In this document: positions 1-9,490 of the stretch, in pieces | How positions within the stretch are numbered: position 1 is the first letter of the stretch | How the letters are laid out: every line of letters starts with the position of its first letter | IMG/VR virus record: IMGVR_UViG_3300025645_004731 | Span: 26,616 to 90,615 of that record | Strand: one strand, 5' to 3' | DNA length: 64,000 bases | From: a virus | Program-made: the position numbers and the translations under genes | Notes under the pieces: model-generated | Databases searched by the model: none | Told to the model about the DNA's origin: nothing | The model's input: only the letters and a program-made list of their open reading frames with translations

Positions 1-617
1 CCTTTGCCAACTAAGGCAACAGGACGATCATTGGGTTTACCATTCATGTATTCCATTACGACAACATAACTGTCGCATTCTGAACCTTGACCTACACTTA
101 GTAGTAGATTAAGTCCCATCTCACGGAGTTGTGTTTCATGATATACTTTTACATTTACTCCAAGACCGGCTAGTTTTCGAGAAATACGAGCAGCGTATGT
201 TGTAGGATACAATACATTACCTGGCTCACTTACTAAATCACGAGCAAAAGCAATACTAGAAGCAATGCCAGCATCTTTGCCTACTTGTAGTTTAGAAATC
301 TTGCCATCTGTTTTGTATTTGTCAAATGTATATGACGCCATAGCGGCGCCTTCATTTACTTCCGTGATGTGACCTAGGTCTTCGTCGAATTCAATCGATA
401 CTGCCCTGTCTTTGTATTTGGTATACATATCACCGCCGAGATCACGAGCCTCCTGAGATGTTTTTGGCTTGTCTTTAACTACCGTGATGTAATCATAATC
501 TTTGTGTGCGAACGCAAGGTCTACACTTTTTTCCATATCTGTACTAGCACGGACAACCGCTGGTCCTAGTTTCTTTGCTTGCTTAGAATCGGCAAGCACG
601 ATGATTGATTTATTCAT
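1..617 (-). CDS. pepA: Leucyl aminopeptidase (M17 family), truncated by window edge
   Basis: Manual translation from ATG 617: ...FARDLVSEPGNVLYP...LLSVGQGS...PVALVGKG, the typical M17 sequence leading into the catalytic domain. Not in the ORF track because it runs off the window. Confidence 0.9.
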   Translation of the reverse strand, partial: MNKSIIVLADSKQAKKLGPAVVRASTDMEKSVDLAFAHKDYDYITVVKDKPKTSQEARDLGGDMYTKYKDRAVSIEFDEDLGHITEVNEGAAMASYTFDKYKTDGKISKLQVGKDAGIASSIAFARDLVSEPGNVLYPTTYAARISRKLAGLGVNVKVYHETQLREMGLNLLLSVGQGSECDSYVVVMEYMNGKPNDRPVALVGK

Positions 618-888
618 TGATTAAATTGCTCCATGTTTTTAGTTTGTTTCTCTTTATATTCACTCTAGCGCCCAGTTCGTCATTTGTCAAGAGATTATGT
701 TCTACCATTAGCTCAATCATACACAGGACATCGCCTGCTTCCTCGACTAGTTTATTATGCCACTTGTCGTCAATTTGATCTGAGGCATCGAACTTTCGTA
801 AATGCTTCATACACACTTGTGTCAGTTCTCCGCATTCTTCTGCTGCAATAGCGACGAGTTGTTGGTATGTATTAATAGGACTGGTCAT
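610..888 (-). CDS. MazG-like NTP pyrophosphohydrolase
   Basis: AEECGEL...LVEEAGDVL, the EExxE/EExxD pattern of the all-alpha NTP-PPase fold. Confidence 0.8.
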   Translation of the reverse strand: MTSPINTYQQLVAIAAEECGELTQVCMKHLRKFDASDQIDDKWHNKLVEEAGDVLCMIELMVEHNLLTNDELGARVNIKRNKLKTWSNLINE

Positions 889-891
889 TTT

Positions 892-1182
892 TTATCTCCC
901 ATGGTATTGCCACATTACCGCGTTACATTTAGCATGAACAGCGCCCTCTGTCATATCGGTATCATGATTGTGCTGTAAATGTACTGAATTTCTAAGAAAT
1001 CCTGGCGGAAATAGTTTTAAATTAATCTTTAATTTTTGAATATCATCGCGAGGTTTGTCGGCAAGTGGTTCGTGACACCAATAACATAGACCATGTTGCT
1101 CGGTGGTATATTGTTCTCTTACTTTTCTGCGCTGAGCAGATGTTATCTTACTGTAAGGCACTGGCAGAATATATTCTGTCAT
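892..1182 (-). CDS. HNH / endonuclease VII-like protein
   Basis: CYWC...VHLQHNHDT...GAVHAKCN, an endo-VII-type His-Me finger. Confidence 0.7.
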   Translation of the reverse strand: MTEYILPVPYSKITSAQRRKVREQYTTEQHGLCYWCHEPLADKPRDDIQKLKINLKLFPPGFLRNSVHLQHNHDTDMTEGAVHAKCNAVMWQYHGR

Positions 1183-1403
1183 TTTTTACCATCACTGATA
1201 CTAGATCCAATTTGTTTCTTACTGCCACAGCTTTTACAGTATGCGATTCTCACAGTGAAATCGAATTCTCCCGAACTCACAATAAAGAAATCATTCTCTA
1301 ATTTGAAATTCATGCAACAGTGCATAATACTCATTTTTGTATCCTCTTCGGCATATCTGCGGCGTATGTACGCATCGTATGGCTCCTGTGTTTCGATACT
1401 CAC
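1179..1403 (-). CDS. Hypothetical protein (CC/CxxC, possible Zn-binding)
   Basis: ORF with 4-bp overlaps to both neighbours. Confidence 0.55.
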   Translation of the reverse strand: MSIETQEPYDAYIRRRYAEEDTKMSIMHCCMNFKLENDFFIVSSGEFDFTVRIAYCKSCGSKKQIGSSISDGKK

Positions 1404-1630
1404 AATAAGCTTCGTTTCTCATTGATTGCTTCTTGTAAATCAATAATTTGCTCATTTTCAATTAATCGGATAATAGTATTAGTAACACCGATCTCTTGCT
1501 GTACCATTCCCAAGCGAAACATTAGTTTTTCTAGTTCTGCTTGGTAAAATTCTAATTCTTTTTCTTTAACAGCACGTTGCGCGTATATATCGCTGATATC
1601 TATGATAAGTTTTGTACTATTTTCATTCAT
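1400..1630 (-). CDS. Hypothetical coiled-coil phage protein
   Basis: Operon-packed ORF, heptad-like composition. Confidence 0.65.
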   Translation of the reverse strand: MNENSTKLIIDISDIYAQRAVKEKELEFYQAELEKLMFRLGMVQQEIGVTNTIIRLIENEQIIDLQEAINEKRSLL

Positions 1631-1633
1631 AAT

Positions 1634-2164
1634 TTAATCCCATAAGTTCTCAAAATAAGTTCCAAACAGTTTAAATCCGTTTGTCATTCGTTCTTGGTGT
1701 GCTTTTCGTCCTGCATGGTCCTTACACACAAGTTTTGATCCGCCAAAGAAACCGTCGTAATTTTTTTCATCTGGACTTAGTACATGATGTTCGTAGTAAT
1801 CACTTTCCCAATCATCACGACACTTTTGTTCAAACGCCCAAACCATTTCGTCTAGAATCCAATCCCAACGTTCGAAGTGCTTGGGATCAACATCGCCATT
1901 CTTGCCGTATGCGTCTAACTGCTTTTTAGTAGCACGTAGTTCTCGTGGAACATCTTTCATGTCTACCATAGGAGCACCGTGTTTAGTTTCTTTCAACTGT
2001 ACAAGCATAGGCAAGATAATAGGAGCAAGAGTATCGTCCATGCTCCATGTATCGTATTTGTGTATCTTTATACTTGTTCGTTGCTGTTGACTATAACCAA
2101 ACCAGTTATACAACCAGTTGTGATAGAACCTATGAGTAGGATATTTTCCAATCTTTACTCGCAT
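1634..2164 (-). CDS. Conserved phage hypothetical protein
   Basis: DTWSMDDTLAPIILPML...WDWILDEM...GFKLFG.YFENLWD pattern recalled from large myoviruses. Confidence 0.7.
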   Translation of the reverse strand: MRVKIGKYPTHRFYHNWLYNWFGYSQQQRTSIKIHKYDTWSMDDTLAPIILPMLVQLKETKHGAPMVDMKDVPRELRATKKQLDAYGKNGDVDPKHFERWDWILDEMVWAFEQKCRDDWESDYYEHHVLSPDEKNYDGFFGGSKLVCKDHAGRKAHQERMTNGFKLFGTYFENLWD

Positions 2165-2325
2165 TCGCTGTATCCAAAAATTGTTTCATCTATTATTTCA
2201 ACACTAAATGGATCTACTTCTTTACAGACAATATCATCACATGCCCACACTGCTGGTGAGCCATCTTCTAACTCTACAAAATAAACTTTTTTTGTAAGTT
2301 CAACAGTTTCTACTCTAACTTTCAT
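2155..2325 (-). CDS. Small hypothetical protein (56 aa, not in ORF track)
   Basis: MKVRVETVELTKKVYFVELEDG...GYSECE*; TAATG coupling with the upstream gene; fills the gap. Confidence 0.55.
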   Translation of the reverse strand: MKVRVETVELTKKVYFVELEDGSPAVWACDDIVCKEVDPFSVEIIDETIFGYSECE

Positions 2326-2585
2326 TATTCTGCCAACGTTTCTGAGGCAACACTACGGCAAAGATCATTAAACCATAGGTCTACGATTTCCTCGTCATTC
2401 TCGCCAGCATACCCTGCTTCACCAAGAAGTCCAACAAAGTCAGCATTCCAGTCTAGTTCAAAGTATCCACGTGTCGGATCATCCTTGTCAAAATGTACCT
2501 CGACAACAGTGACCCACGGACCCTTTGCTGTTTCTTTAGTTAATTTTTTACTACTCTTAAAAATATTCTTTAGTTTATCAAGCAT
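2325..2585 (-). CDS. Conserved phage hypothetical protein
   Basis: GYFELDWN..FV..L..AGY.G...EEIVDLWF motif. Confidence 0.65.
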   Translation of the reverse strand: MLDKLKNIFKSSKKLTKETAKGPWVTVVEVHFDKDDPTRGYFELDWNADFVGLLGEAGYAGENDEEIVDLWFNDLCRSVASETLAE

Positions 2586-2784
2586 CCGGATTCTCCTTCA
2601 AATATTTCACACGTTGCGTAATTTCAGTTACTTCAACGTACTTAGGTTCAGTGTATGAGGTAGTGCCTTTAACTGCCGCATTAATATACACATCATGTTT
2701 ATGTAACGCTGCCCAAGTTTTATTAATGGCAGCTACATCTTTATTGAACTGTTTTACAAGTTCTGTTACTTTAGGATCTTTCAT
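2578..2784 (-). CDS. Hypothetical protein
   Basis: Operon-packed ORF; start moved to ATG 2784, coupled to the upstream stop. Confidence 0.55.
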   Translation of the reverse strand: MKDPKVTELVKQFNKDVAAINKTWAALHKHDVYINAAVKGTTSYTEPKYVEVTEITQRVKYLKENPDA

Positions 2785-3083
2785 TAATACCATCCCATCA
2801 TCATACGAGTGTCTTCTGGAACCATTTCGATACTAAACGGAGGATCAAAAACTAGTTCTCTGTTTACAGTTTCGACACCCTCAAGTGCGCCAACTGCTGT
2901 TTCAATACCTTCACAAATCTCGTCTGCGAAAGGACACATCATGCTAGTCAGTGTATGCTTGATGTGTACCTCTGTATCTTTACAATTTACTTCGTAAATT
3001 AGTCCAAGCTCTTCTACGCTTAAACTGATTTCAGGATCATACACTTCTTTAAGTGCTTCCCTTACAATCTCTTCAGTTACCAT
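2784..3083 (-). CDS. DUF59 / SufT-PaaD-like Fe-S cluster assembly factor
   Basis: LKEVYDPEISLSVEELGLIY...TLTSMMCP...LVFDPP, the DPE-x-T-x-CP signature. Confidence 0.88.
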   Translation of the reverse strand: MVTEEIVREALKEVYDPEISLSVEELGLIYEVNCKDTEVHIKHTLTSMMCPFADEICEGIETAVGALEGVETVNRELVFDPPFSIEMVPEDTRMMMGWY

Positions 3084-4171
3084 CCTAATTTCTCCCAAGG
3101 TACATCTTTGTCACCAAAGTGTCCATATACGCAATTCGTACTATAATTAGTATAACTGAATAAATCGAATCTGTCAATGATTCCTTTTGGTGATAAGTCA
3201 ATTTCATTACGAATAAAACGCTCAATGCTGCGATTGTGTCCGTTACTGTCTACAAGAATACTAGTAGGTTGCTTAACACCAATAGCATAGCTCAACTGAA
3301 TGTTGCACCAATCTGCCATTTCATCTGCTACTACGTTCTTTGCTAACCAACGTGCCATGTAAGCAGCGGACCGATCAACCTTTGTTGGATCTTTGCCACT
3401 AAAAGCGCCACCACCGTGAGGAGCAAAACCCCCATAGGTATCAACAATAATCTTACGCCCAGTAACACCAGCGTCACCATCGGGCCCACCGATAACAAAG
3501 TTGCCAGTAGGATTAAGATGCCAGACAGTATTTTCATCAATTAAATCTCCCAGAGCATGGTGTGCTGCTTGTTTTGCAAGCACTCTCGCTGTTTCAATTT
3601 CGCCATCAGCATGTTGTGTGCTGATAACAATTTGGTCAATGCGCTTAACGATGCCTTCGCGCCTAGCACCTTCGTACTCCACACTCACTTGTGATTTAGC
3701 ATCAGGACCTAATACGCTGTCTAGTTTACGCAGTTCTTTTAGTTCTTTTAGAATTTCGTGACTGTAGTGAATAGGCGCTGGCATCATACTGTCTGTATGA
3801 TTACACGCATAGCCAAACATAATACCCTGATCACCAGCACCAAAGTCATCAGTGCCCAGCGCAATGTCAGCACTTTGTGAATGGATCTCGTTATAGATGT
3901 TTAGTTTATCCCAGTGAAATCCATCTTGCTCGTAACCAATGTCACGAACTTTGTTACGCACGATTTCTTTAACTTCGTCTCTGCTTACGTTAAAGTTTTT
4001 AACTTCGCCTGCTAACGTAACATGGTTAGTAGTTACAAGTGTTTCGACTGCTACTCGTGTTGTAGAGTCGCCAGCCTTTAATCCAGCATCTACCAGCGCA
4101 TCACTAATCTGATCCGCTACTTTATCTGGATGTCCGTCACTAACACTTTCGCTAGTAAAAATATAGTTCAT
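3077..4171 (-). CDS. metK: S-adenosylmethionine synthetase
   Basis: FTSESVSDGHPDK, GAGDQG, GRKIIVDTYGG, GGGAFSGKDPTKVDRSAAY. Confidence 0.98.
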   Translation of the reverse strand: MNYIFTSESVSDGHPDKVADQISDALVDAGLKAGDSTTRVAVETLVTTNHVTLAGEVKNFNVSRDEVKEIVRNKVRDIGYEQDGFHWDKLNIYNEIHSQSADIALGTDDFGAGDQGIMFGYACNHTDSMMPAPIHYSHEILKELKELRKLDSVLGPDAKSQVSVEYEGARREGIVKRIDQIVISTQHADGEIETARVLAKQAAHHALGDLIDENTVWHLNPTGNFVIGGPDGDAGVTGRKIIVDTYGGFAPHGGGAFSGKDPTKVDRSAAYMARWLAKNVVADEMADWCNIQLSYAIGVKQPTSILVDSNGHNRSIERFIRNEIDLSPKGIIDRFDLFSYTNYSTNCVYGHFGDKDVPWEKLGW

Positions 4172-4656
4172 AAATGTTTCCTTAATTTGTCGTCTAGGTT
4201 TTTAATCGGAGCCTTCATGGCCCGCTCGTGTTGTTCATTTTTATATCCAAGTTCTTTACGTATTTCCGCAGAGTGAAATGTGTAGTCTCCTGCCAACTCG
4301 TCATCCTTTTTCCATACTGTCATTAGTCTCTTGGTGAACGACACGATTACACTTTTCATTGCTTTCGTCCACTTAGACGAGATATATTGGATACTCAGCC
4401 CGGGAATTCCCATATTGCCGAACAGTTCGCCTACTCGCCGGATCGACGTGACCAATAGTGGTAGCAGAGTTGAAATGAAGATCGCCATCATCAACAAGAA
4501 AATACTTATGAGTAACGCCAGACTCAATAACATCATTTCGACTTTCGTCCGAAATAAAGAGATATCGGCGTCAACTCTGTGCGATTGTAATTCTGATATC
4601 GTATGTTTGATTATCAAAGAAACCGTTGTGTGAATATTTTTCAGTATTGTTTTCAT
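4168..4656 (-). CDS. Hypothetical membrane protein
   Basis: One long hydrophobic segment; first gene after a sigma70-like promoter. Confidence 0.45.
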   Translation of the reverse strand: MKTILKNIHTTVSLIIKHTISELQSHRVDADISLFRTKVEMMLLSLALLISIFLLMMAIFISTLLPLLVTSIRRVGELFGNMGIPGLSIQYISSKWTKAMKSVIVSFTKRLMTVWKKDDELAGDYTFHSAEIRKELGYKNEQHERAMKAPIKNLDDKLRKHL

Positions 4657-4662
4657 ATTACA

Positions 4663-4691
4663 ACTATACTACTTATCTGTGCCTTTGTCAA
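4663..4691 (-). promoter_or_regulatory. Sigma70-like promoter
   Basis: TTGACA-N17-TATAGT on the minus strand. Confidence 0.65.
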
Positions 4692-4771
4692 CCATTAAAT
4701 AAGCATATCTTCACTAAATACTACAGCATGAGCGAGATTATTAACACAACACACCACACGGAGAATCAGCC

Positions 4772-5743
4772 ATGGCATGGATAATAAGATATACAATCAA
4801 GTGGATAGTCCAGGGATGGATTATTGAAAAATTAGCAAAACGTTTAATAAATTGGATGATAGAGAAATATTCATTAGGAGAAAACTTCATACAAAGTTTC
4901 ACAAAGCCACACGAGGTTGATTGGAATAGTATACGATGGTTCGCAGTGTTTGCTAGAATGGCATATAAGAAAGATAACGATGTAATAAGAGCACATTACA
5001 AGGACTATGATGTTTACATTAATGAAATAAATGAAGTGAAATACATCGTCATTAGTGATTCGATAAAAAAAGAGCAATACATTTCTGTTCGTGGAACAAG
5101 TAACTCGCACAACGCATTACAAGACATCAACTTTCTTCGTAGCAAGAGCCGTAGACTTGGCATTTCTTTACACAGTGGATTTCACAGAACCGCCGAGTTA
5201 ATTGCTGATGATTTAATACCTAGACTAGATACAACATGGACCACATGGGTCACTGGACATTCACTTGGCGCAGCCGATGCGCTGATTGTTGGATGGTACC
5301 TTGACCACGCTGGGCACAGTGTAGCAGAGTGTATAAATTTCGGTCAACCTAAAGTAACAGACAGTCGCGGTATTCACAAGATGCGTGATAAAATAAAAAT
5401 TACTCGTGTTGTTAATGAAACAGATATAGTACCGTTAGTGCCGCCAAGTGGTACTCATGTACACAGATATGCCCATAATGGCGAGTTACTCAAGTTATTA
5501 GATAATGGCAAATATTGCTTCTTGGAAGAACCTGATAGCCTAAATTATGGCGTAAATAGTTTTTGGTTGTTTGCTGCCAGAGAAAGTTTCTCATTCTACG
5601 AGATTGGCAAAGAATTGCCTGACCACTTTATGGACAACTATATTGACAATATAGATGCCATCATAGCTGAAACAGAAGAAGTTAATTGGAAAGATAGACT
5701 AGGATATCTGGATAACTCCGGTATAGCAGGCGAATGGATCTAA
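4772..5743 (+). CDS. Class 3 lipase (alpha/beta hydrolase)
   Basis: SVRGT, HSGF, TGHSLG nucleophile elbow, NFGQPKV, NETDIVP, DHFMDNY; TAAATA upstream near 4715. Confidence 0.88.
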   Translation: MAWIIRYTIKWIVQGWIIEKLAKRLINWMIEKYSLGENFIQSFTKPHEVDWNSIRWFAVFARMAYKKDNDVIRAHYKDYDVYINEINEVKYIVISDSIKKEQYISVRGTSNSHNALQDINFLRSKSRRLGISLHSGFHRTAELIADDLIPRLDTTWTTWVTGHSLGAADALIVGWYLDHAGHSVAECINFGQPKVTDSRGIHKMRDKIKITRVVNETDIVPLVPPSGTHVHRYAHNGELLKLLDNGKYCFLEEPDSLNYGVNSFWLFAARESFSFYEIGKELPDHFMDNYIDNIDAIIAETEEVNWKDRLGYLDNSGIAGEWI

Positions 5744-5907
5744 TCTTTCTTGATTGATAGCGTAAATGAACCATTTTCGTTGTCGGTCCACACTATTGTG
5801 TCACCTTCTTTCCAATTCATCGTTTCTAACATATCGTCAGGAAATTCAAGAAACAACTCTCCGTTGTCGCTGTCTTCTTGTACGGTCAATGTGTTATTCT
5901 GGTCCAT
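5740..5907 (-). CDS. AbrB/MazE-like small DNA-binding protein (55 aa, not in ORF track)
   Basis: MDQNNTLTVQEDSDNGELFLEFPDDMLETMNWKEGDTIVW...GSFTL; AGGAG RBS. Confidence 0.65.
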   Translation of the reverse strand: MDQNNTLTVQEDSDNGELFLEFPDDMLETMNWKEGDTIVWTDNENGSFTLSIKKD

Positions 5908-5917
5908 GGTAACTCCT

Positions 5918-6841
5918 TTAGCATTTCCAAATATATATCTTGTCTTGTTTCTTTTTGCCTGTTTGTTGGCCTAGTTGTTGCTTCAGGTCCTCTTCATCGT
6001 CACATACTGGTAGTCCGTGCGCGACGGCATCATCATACATCTTAGGACTGATGTTAAAACACACATGCCCTCCTGCTTGTATATTATCAACACACTTTTG
6101 CCAAAGAGGAATAAAAAAGCCTTTATAAAATGCTTCGTCACTGTTCCACACTTCCATATGTTCATATATTTCTAAGTTAACATAAGGAGGGCTAGTTAGC
6201 ACAAAATCATAATCCAGTTTACTGAAATCAACGTCCAACGCACTTTGCCAAATCATTTGTAATTTACCAGACTGCTTTTCTTCTATTAGTGGATTATTGA
6301 ATTCACTATAGTTACCAAGATACTCCATCATACTGTCATATGCCGGCTTCATGTTGGTGTTTGTGTCAATGCCTGTGTAGCTGATATCCAACGCCCACGC
6401 ACCCAACATACGTCCGCCCCAACCTGCTGTAGGATCCAATACACTTTTAACTGAATACTTCTTATACAGATACTTAGCTGTTGTGCTTTTGAACATTACG
6501 ATACTGCCGAGATTAATTCTAAAGCATTCAAACACATTGCCAGCAGCAGTACGTCCGCCTCTGTTACGCTTACGTGCGCTATCTATAAGTTTACTCCACG
6601 CTGATTTATCAGCATAAAGTTCATAGATAGTTTTGCCCTTCTCACGTTTACAGTTAAGCAGATTCTTAAACTGGAAATGATATAGGAAAGGATTGCCATA
6701 AAAGTTATTGCGATTCTCAGTAGCATCAAAGTTCTTTAAGTTTTTAAGATCCCTATTCAAATCATCATTACTAATCAGCTTGTGATCTTCCACATCTGTT
6801 ATTGTAACGCTGTCTAGATTTTCATTAACTGGTTTAAGCAT
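5918..6841 (-). CDS. DNA amino-methyltransferase (m4C/m6A)
   Basis: Motif I LDPTAGWGGR, motif IV LTSPPY. Confidence 0.88.
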   Translation of the reverse strand: MLKPVNENLDSVTITDVEDHKLISNDDLNRDLKNLKNFDATENRNNFYGNPFLYHFQFKNLLNCKREKGKTIYELYADKSAWSKLIDSARKRNRGGRTAAGNVFECFRINLGSIVMFKSTTAKYLYKKYSVKSVLDPTAGWGGRMLGAWALDISYTGIDTNTNMKPAYDSMMEYLGNYSEFNNPLIEEKQSGKLQMIWQSALDVDFSKLDYDFVLTSPPYVNLEIYEHMEVWNSDEAFYKGFFIPLWQKCVDNIQAGGHVCFNISPKMYDDAVAHGLPVCDDEEDLKQQLGQQTGKKKQDKIYIWKC

Positions 6842-7521
6842 TATTGTCCTAGTAAATTTAATACATTGCCTTCACGTCGATCTCTCGCCACATGTGTAAA
6901 GTAGTTAGTCTTGATACCGCCGCCAGCTTGAAAGAATTGCTTACGACAAGTAACAATAAACCCACTCATAAACTCATCTGCGTCTTTAGCTAGATCGTTA
7001 AACGTAGCAGCAATCGCATTCATTTGTCCCACTGCGTCATTAAAGTGTGAAATTGTTTCTTTTGTGATTACGTCTTCGCCCATAAACATAGTAGTCGCAT
7101 TTGCTTTAGCACTGCTCATAATATAAACGGCGCCTAGTTTAGGTGTGCTATCATTCCACATAGGATGCGTACCCTTAGCACTTTTACATTCAACAGCAAC
7201 AATCTTGCCGTCAAAATCTTTTACTAAAATGTCTGGGAAACTTTGTGAACCGCCTGGTTGTAGAATATAACTACCGCACGGCATATCAGACAGTATGTCG
7301 TCTAGTTGATTGCCAAATTCATTGTCCCACCACTCTTTTAGATGCTTGCGCTGTAATTGCGGGAAGTCTGGTTGAACAAAGCCTTGAAAGCCACATTCTG
7401 ATAGCACTACTGCCACAGCATCTTCATGCCCTGGATTGTAATCACCACTACGGGCATTATCATTCTTATAATAACCCATCTGTAAGATAAGTTCACCTGC
7501 TGCTTTAAGTTGTGTTGACAT
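6841..7521 (-). CDS. PD-(D/E)XK restriction-type endonuclease
   Basis: HE...QPGGSQSFPDILV...VECKS; TAATG coupling to the MTase. Confidence 0.72.
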   Translation of the reverse strand: MSTQLKAAGELILQMGYYKNDNARSGDYNPGHEDAVAVVLSECGFQGFVQPDFPQLQRKHLKEWWDNEFGNQLDDILSDMPCGSYILQPGGSQSFPDILVKDFDGKIVAVECKSAKGTHPMWNDSTPKLGAVYIMSSAKANATTMFMGEDVITKETISHFNDAVGQMNAIAATFNDLAKDADEFMSGFIVTCRKQFFQAGGGIKTNYFTHVARDRREGNVLNLLGQ

Positions 7522-7554
7522 AGTATACTCCTGTACGTTTTTGTCTATAGAATA

Positions 7555-7583
7555 ATACTAACACAAGAGAATACCATTGTCAA
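7555..7583 (-). promoter_or_regulatory. Sigma70-like promoter of the endonuclease-MTase operon
   Basis: TTGACA-N17-TAGTAT. Confidence 0.55.
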
Positions 7584-7586
7584 CTG

Positions 7587-8735
7587 TTATTTTATTATAA
7601 GTTCTGGTATCCAAGGACAAATATCTTTTGTTTTTAGTCCTGGATTCATATCCCATACTTTAACGAAATCTGTCAGATATTCTCGTTCTGTATCGGTTAT
7701 ATTACGTTCCAGATTACATCCTTCGTTGAAAAATTTACGATAAGCTGGCTGATCTTTTTCTGGCAACCAAGATATATCCATTGACTGGACAATATCAATA
7801 AATTCTTGTCTATATTTGATTGGTACTAATTTGTATTCTAAGAACGATGAATCCTTTAATACATTACATCCGATACTGATATCGTCGAATTGTTTAAGCC
7901 ATTCTAGAAATTTAGGCATACCTAGTAAGTTCAACTGCGTAATACATGGCAATACACGTATACCAATATTGTCGTTATCTGTTGACAGTTTATGTAACGC
8001 ACGGAAGTTCTTTTCAATCGTTGACCATTTTGCGGGATATCGTTGAAACTCTAATGTCTCTTCTATTCCATCTATACTACATATGAAATAAACATGCTTG
8101 AACTTTTTTAGTTTTTCCATTAACTTTGGCTTAACACTGGTGACATTTGTGATGAAATATATAGTTACATTTGTCTTGTCTCTGGTTATCAATTCATCAA
8201 TAAACCATTCTACTTCAGGCATAACAAACGGCTCACCGCCCGCGAACTGAATAATTTCTAAATCATTCAATGTTAGAACTAATTCTAAAATCTTATTTTT
8301 ATTTTTGAAATCGACATACAATTCATGCTGTAGAGTAAAGTGATTACTGATGCCCTGATCTTTTAACTTAGTAACTACATTTTTTATTTGATCACTGCTA
8401 TTGACATCACACATTTTACATTGGAGATTACACTTATTGCTAAATCTAACTTCTATCTTTTTAATAGCAATTTCATCATCTACTGGATCTTTTCTTGCAC
8501 TTTGTAATCCATTATTTTCTAAATTCCAGCATCTCTTACAGTGATCATTCTGAATGCCATTAGCCAAATCATTTCTTATAGCATTGAATGGCTCAAATGT
8601 TTTATGCCATTCCGCAAGATCGGTAATATCGTTCCAGTCAGGAGCCTCCCAGCCTCTTCCTTGCATACAGCACTGAGCAATATTATTTTCTGTTCCTAAG
8701 AACAATTCCGTGTTTGCTATTTTACAACTAAGCAT
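7587..8735 (-). CDS. Radical SAM protein with N-terminal SPASM/twitch-like cysteines
   Basis: CNLQCKMC, FAGGEP, SIDG...RYP..W; N-terminal CC...CxxC. Confidence 0.88.
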   Translation of the reverse strand: MLSCKIANTELFLGTENNIAQCCMQGRGWEAPDWNDITDLAEWHKTFEPFNAIRNDLANGIQNDHCKRCWNLENNGLQSARKDPVDDEIAIKKIEVRFSNKCNLQCKMCDVNSSDQIKNVVTKLKDQGISNHFTLQHELYVDFKNKNKILELVLTLNDLEIIQFAGGEPFVMPEVEWFIDELITRDKTNVTIYFITNVTSVKPKLMEKLKKFKHVYFICSIDGIEETLEFQRYPAKWSTIEKNFRALHKLSTDNDNIGIRVLPCITQLNLLGMPKFLEWLKQFDDISIGCNVLKDSSFLEYKLVPIKYRQEFIDIVQSMDISWLPEKDQPAYRKFFNEGCNLERNITDTEREYLTDFVKVWDMNPGLKTKDICPWIPELIIK

Positions 8736-8738
8736 GAG

Positions 8739-9308
8739 TTAGGAGATATTTTCGTGGATACGGCCCATTTTCTTCCGAGTGTATTCCCATGGATACACAA
8801 CTGTCTTTCCTTCATCCGTGAGCAGATGAGCAGTATACGTGTCTTCGACAAACTCATTAGCATCATTATCGGTCAGCACGGCAAATCGTACATTATTGCC
8901 CCAGACTGTAGACCAACTATCTTGATTAGGGAAACATCCACTTTCCCAATCTTTTTTGATCCAGTTAAAGATATTGCCAGTATTATTAATGTTATCCACA
9001 ATAAGAATGTTCTTACGCAGTCCAATATCCCATCGTGCGCCAGTAATGCCAGTCTCTTCAGGATTGTTTACTCCAAACGCTTCCTCTGCCATCCAAAGAT
9101 TGCTTTCGCAACTGCTGTCATCTGGTAAATTTACGCTTAGTGATTCGCATCGAACATTTATAATATTACTAATGATAGTAGCAGGAATACTGCCACTGCC
9201 TGTAATGCCAACAATATAATCAGGCTTCCAATCGTCCTGGTACATTTGCGTGACAATATTCATGCTCATGTCTTCGACTTCTTTCCAACTGTAATAGTGA
9301 TTTTTCAT
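8739..9308 (-). CDS. Type I phosphoribosyltransferase-like protein (degenerate motifs)
   Basis: WKPDYIVGI, ILIVDNINNTG (PRPP loop), VVYPWE. Confidence 0.75.
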   Translation of the reverse strand: MKNHYYSWKEVEDMSMNIVTQMYQDDWKPDYIVGITGSGSIPATIISNIINVRCESLSVNLPDDSSCESNLWMAEEAFGVNNPEETGITGARWDIGLRKNILIVDNINNTGNIFNWIKKDWESGCFPNQDSWSTVWGNNVRFAVLTDNDANEFVEDTYTAHLLTDEGKTVVYPWEYTRKKMGRIHENIS

Positions 9309-9490
9309 TTGGCGTCCTTACTCTTTTTTTCATCTTTTGTAAGTTTTTGGTTCCATTGGTTATTACTAATGCCAAGTTCACTTGCCATTTTTTTAGTTTT
9401 GCCTTTGGTAATTTTGCCGCCTTTTTTAAGAAACTGTGCCACCAAATCTTCAGTGTCGTTATCTTTTTTAGGGCTATGATTCATCGCCAT
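9305..9490 (-). CDS. Small basic hypothetical protein
   Basis: FLKKGGKIT motif, common in phage small proteins. Confidence 0.6.
   Translation of the reverse strand: MAMNHSPKKDNDTEDLVAQFLKKGGKITKGKTKKMASELGISNNQWNQKLTKDEKKSKDAK

Noticed and set aside
4380-4575. Alternative open frame with T-ending codons inside 4168-4656
   Set aside because: No start codon or RBS; an expected by-product of a hydrophobic (second-position T) coding stretch.
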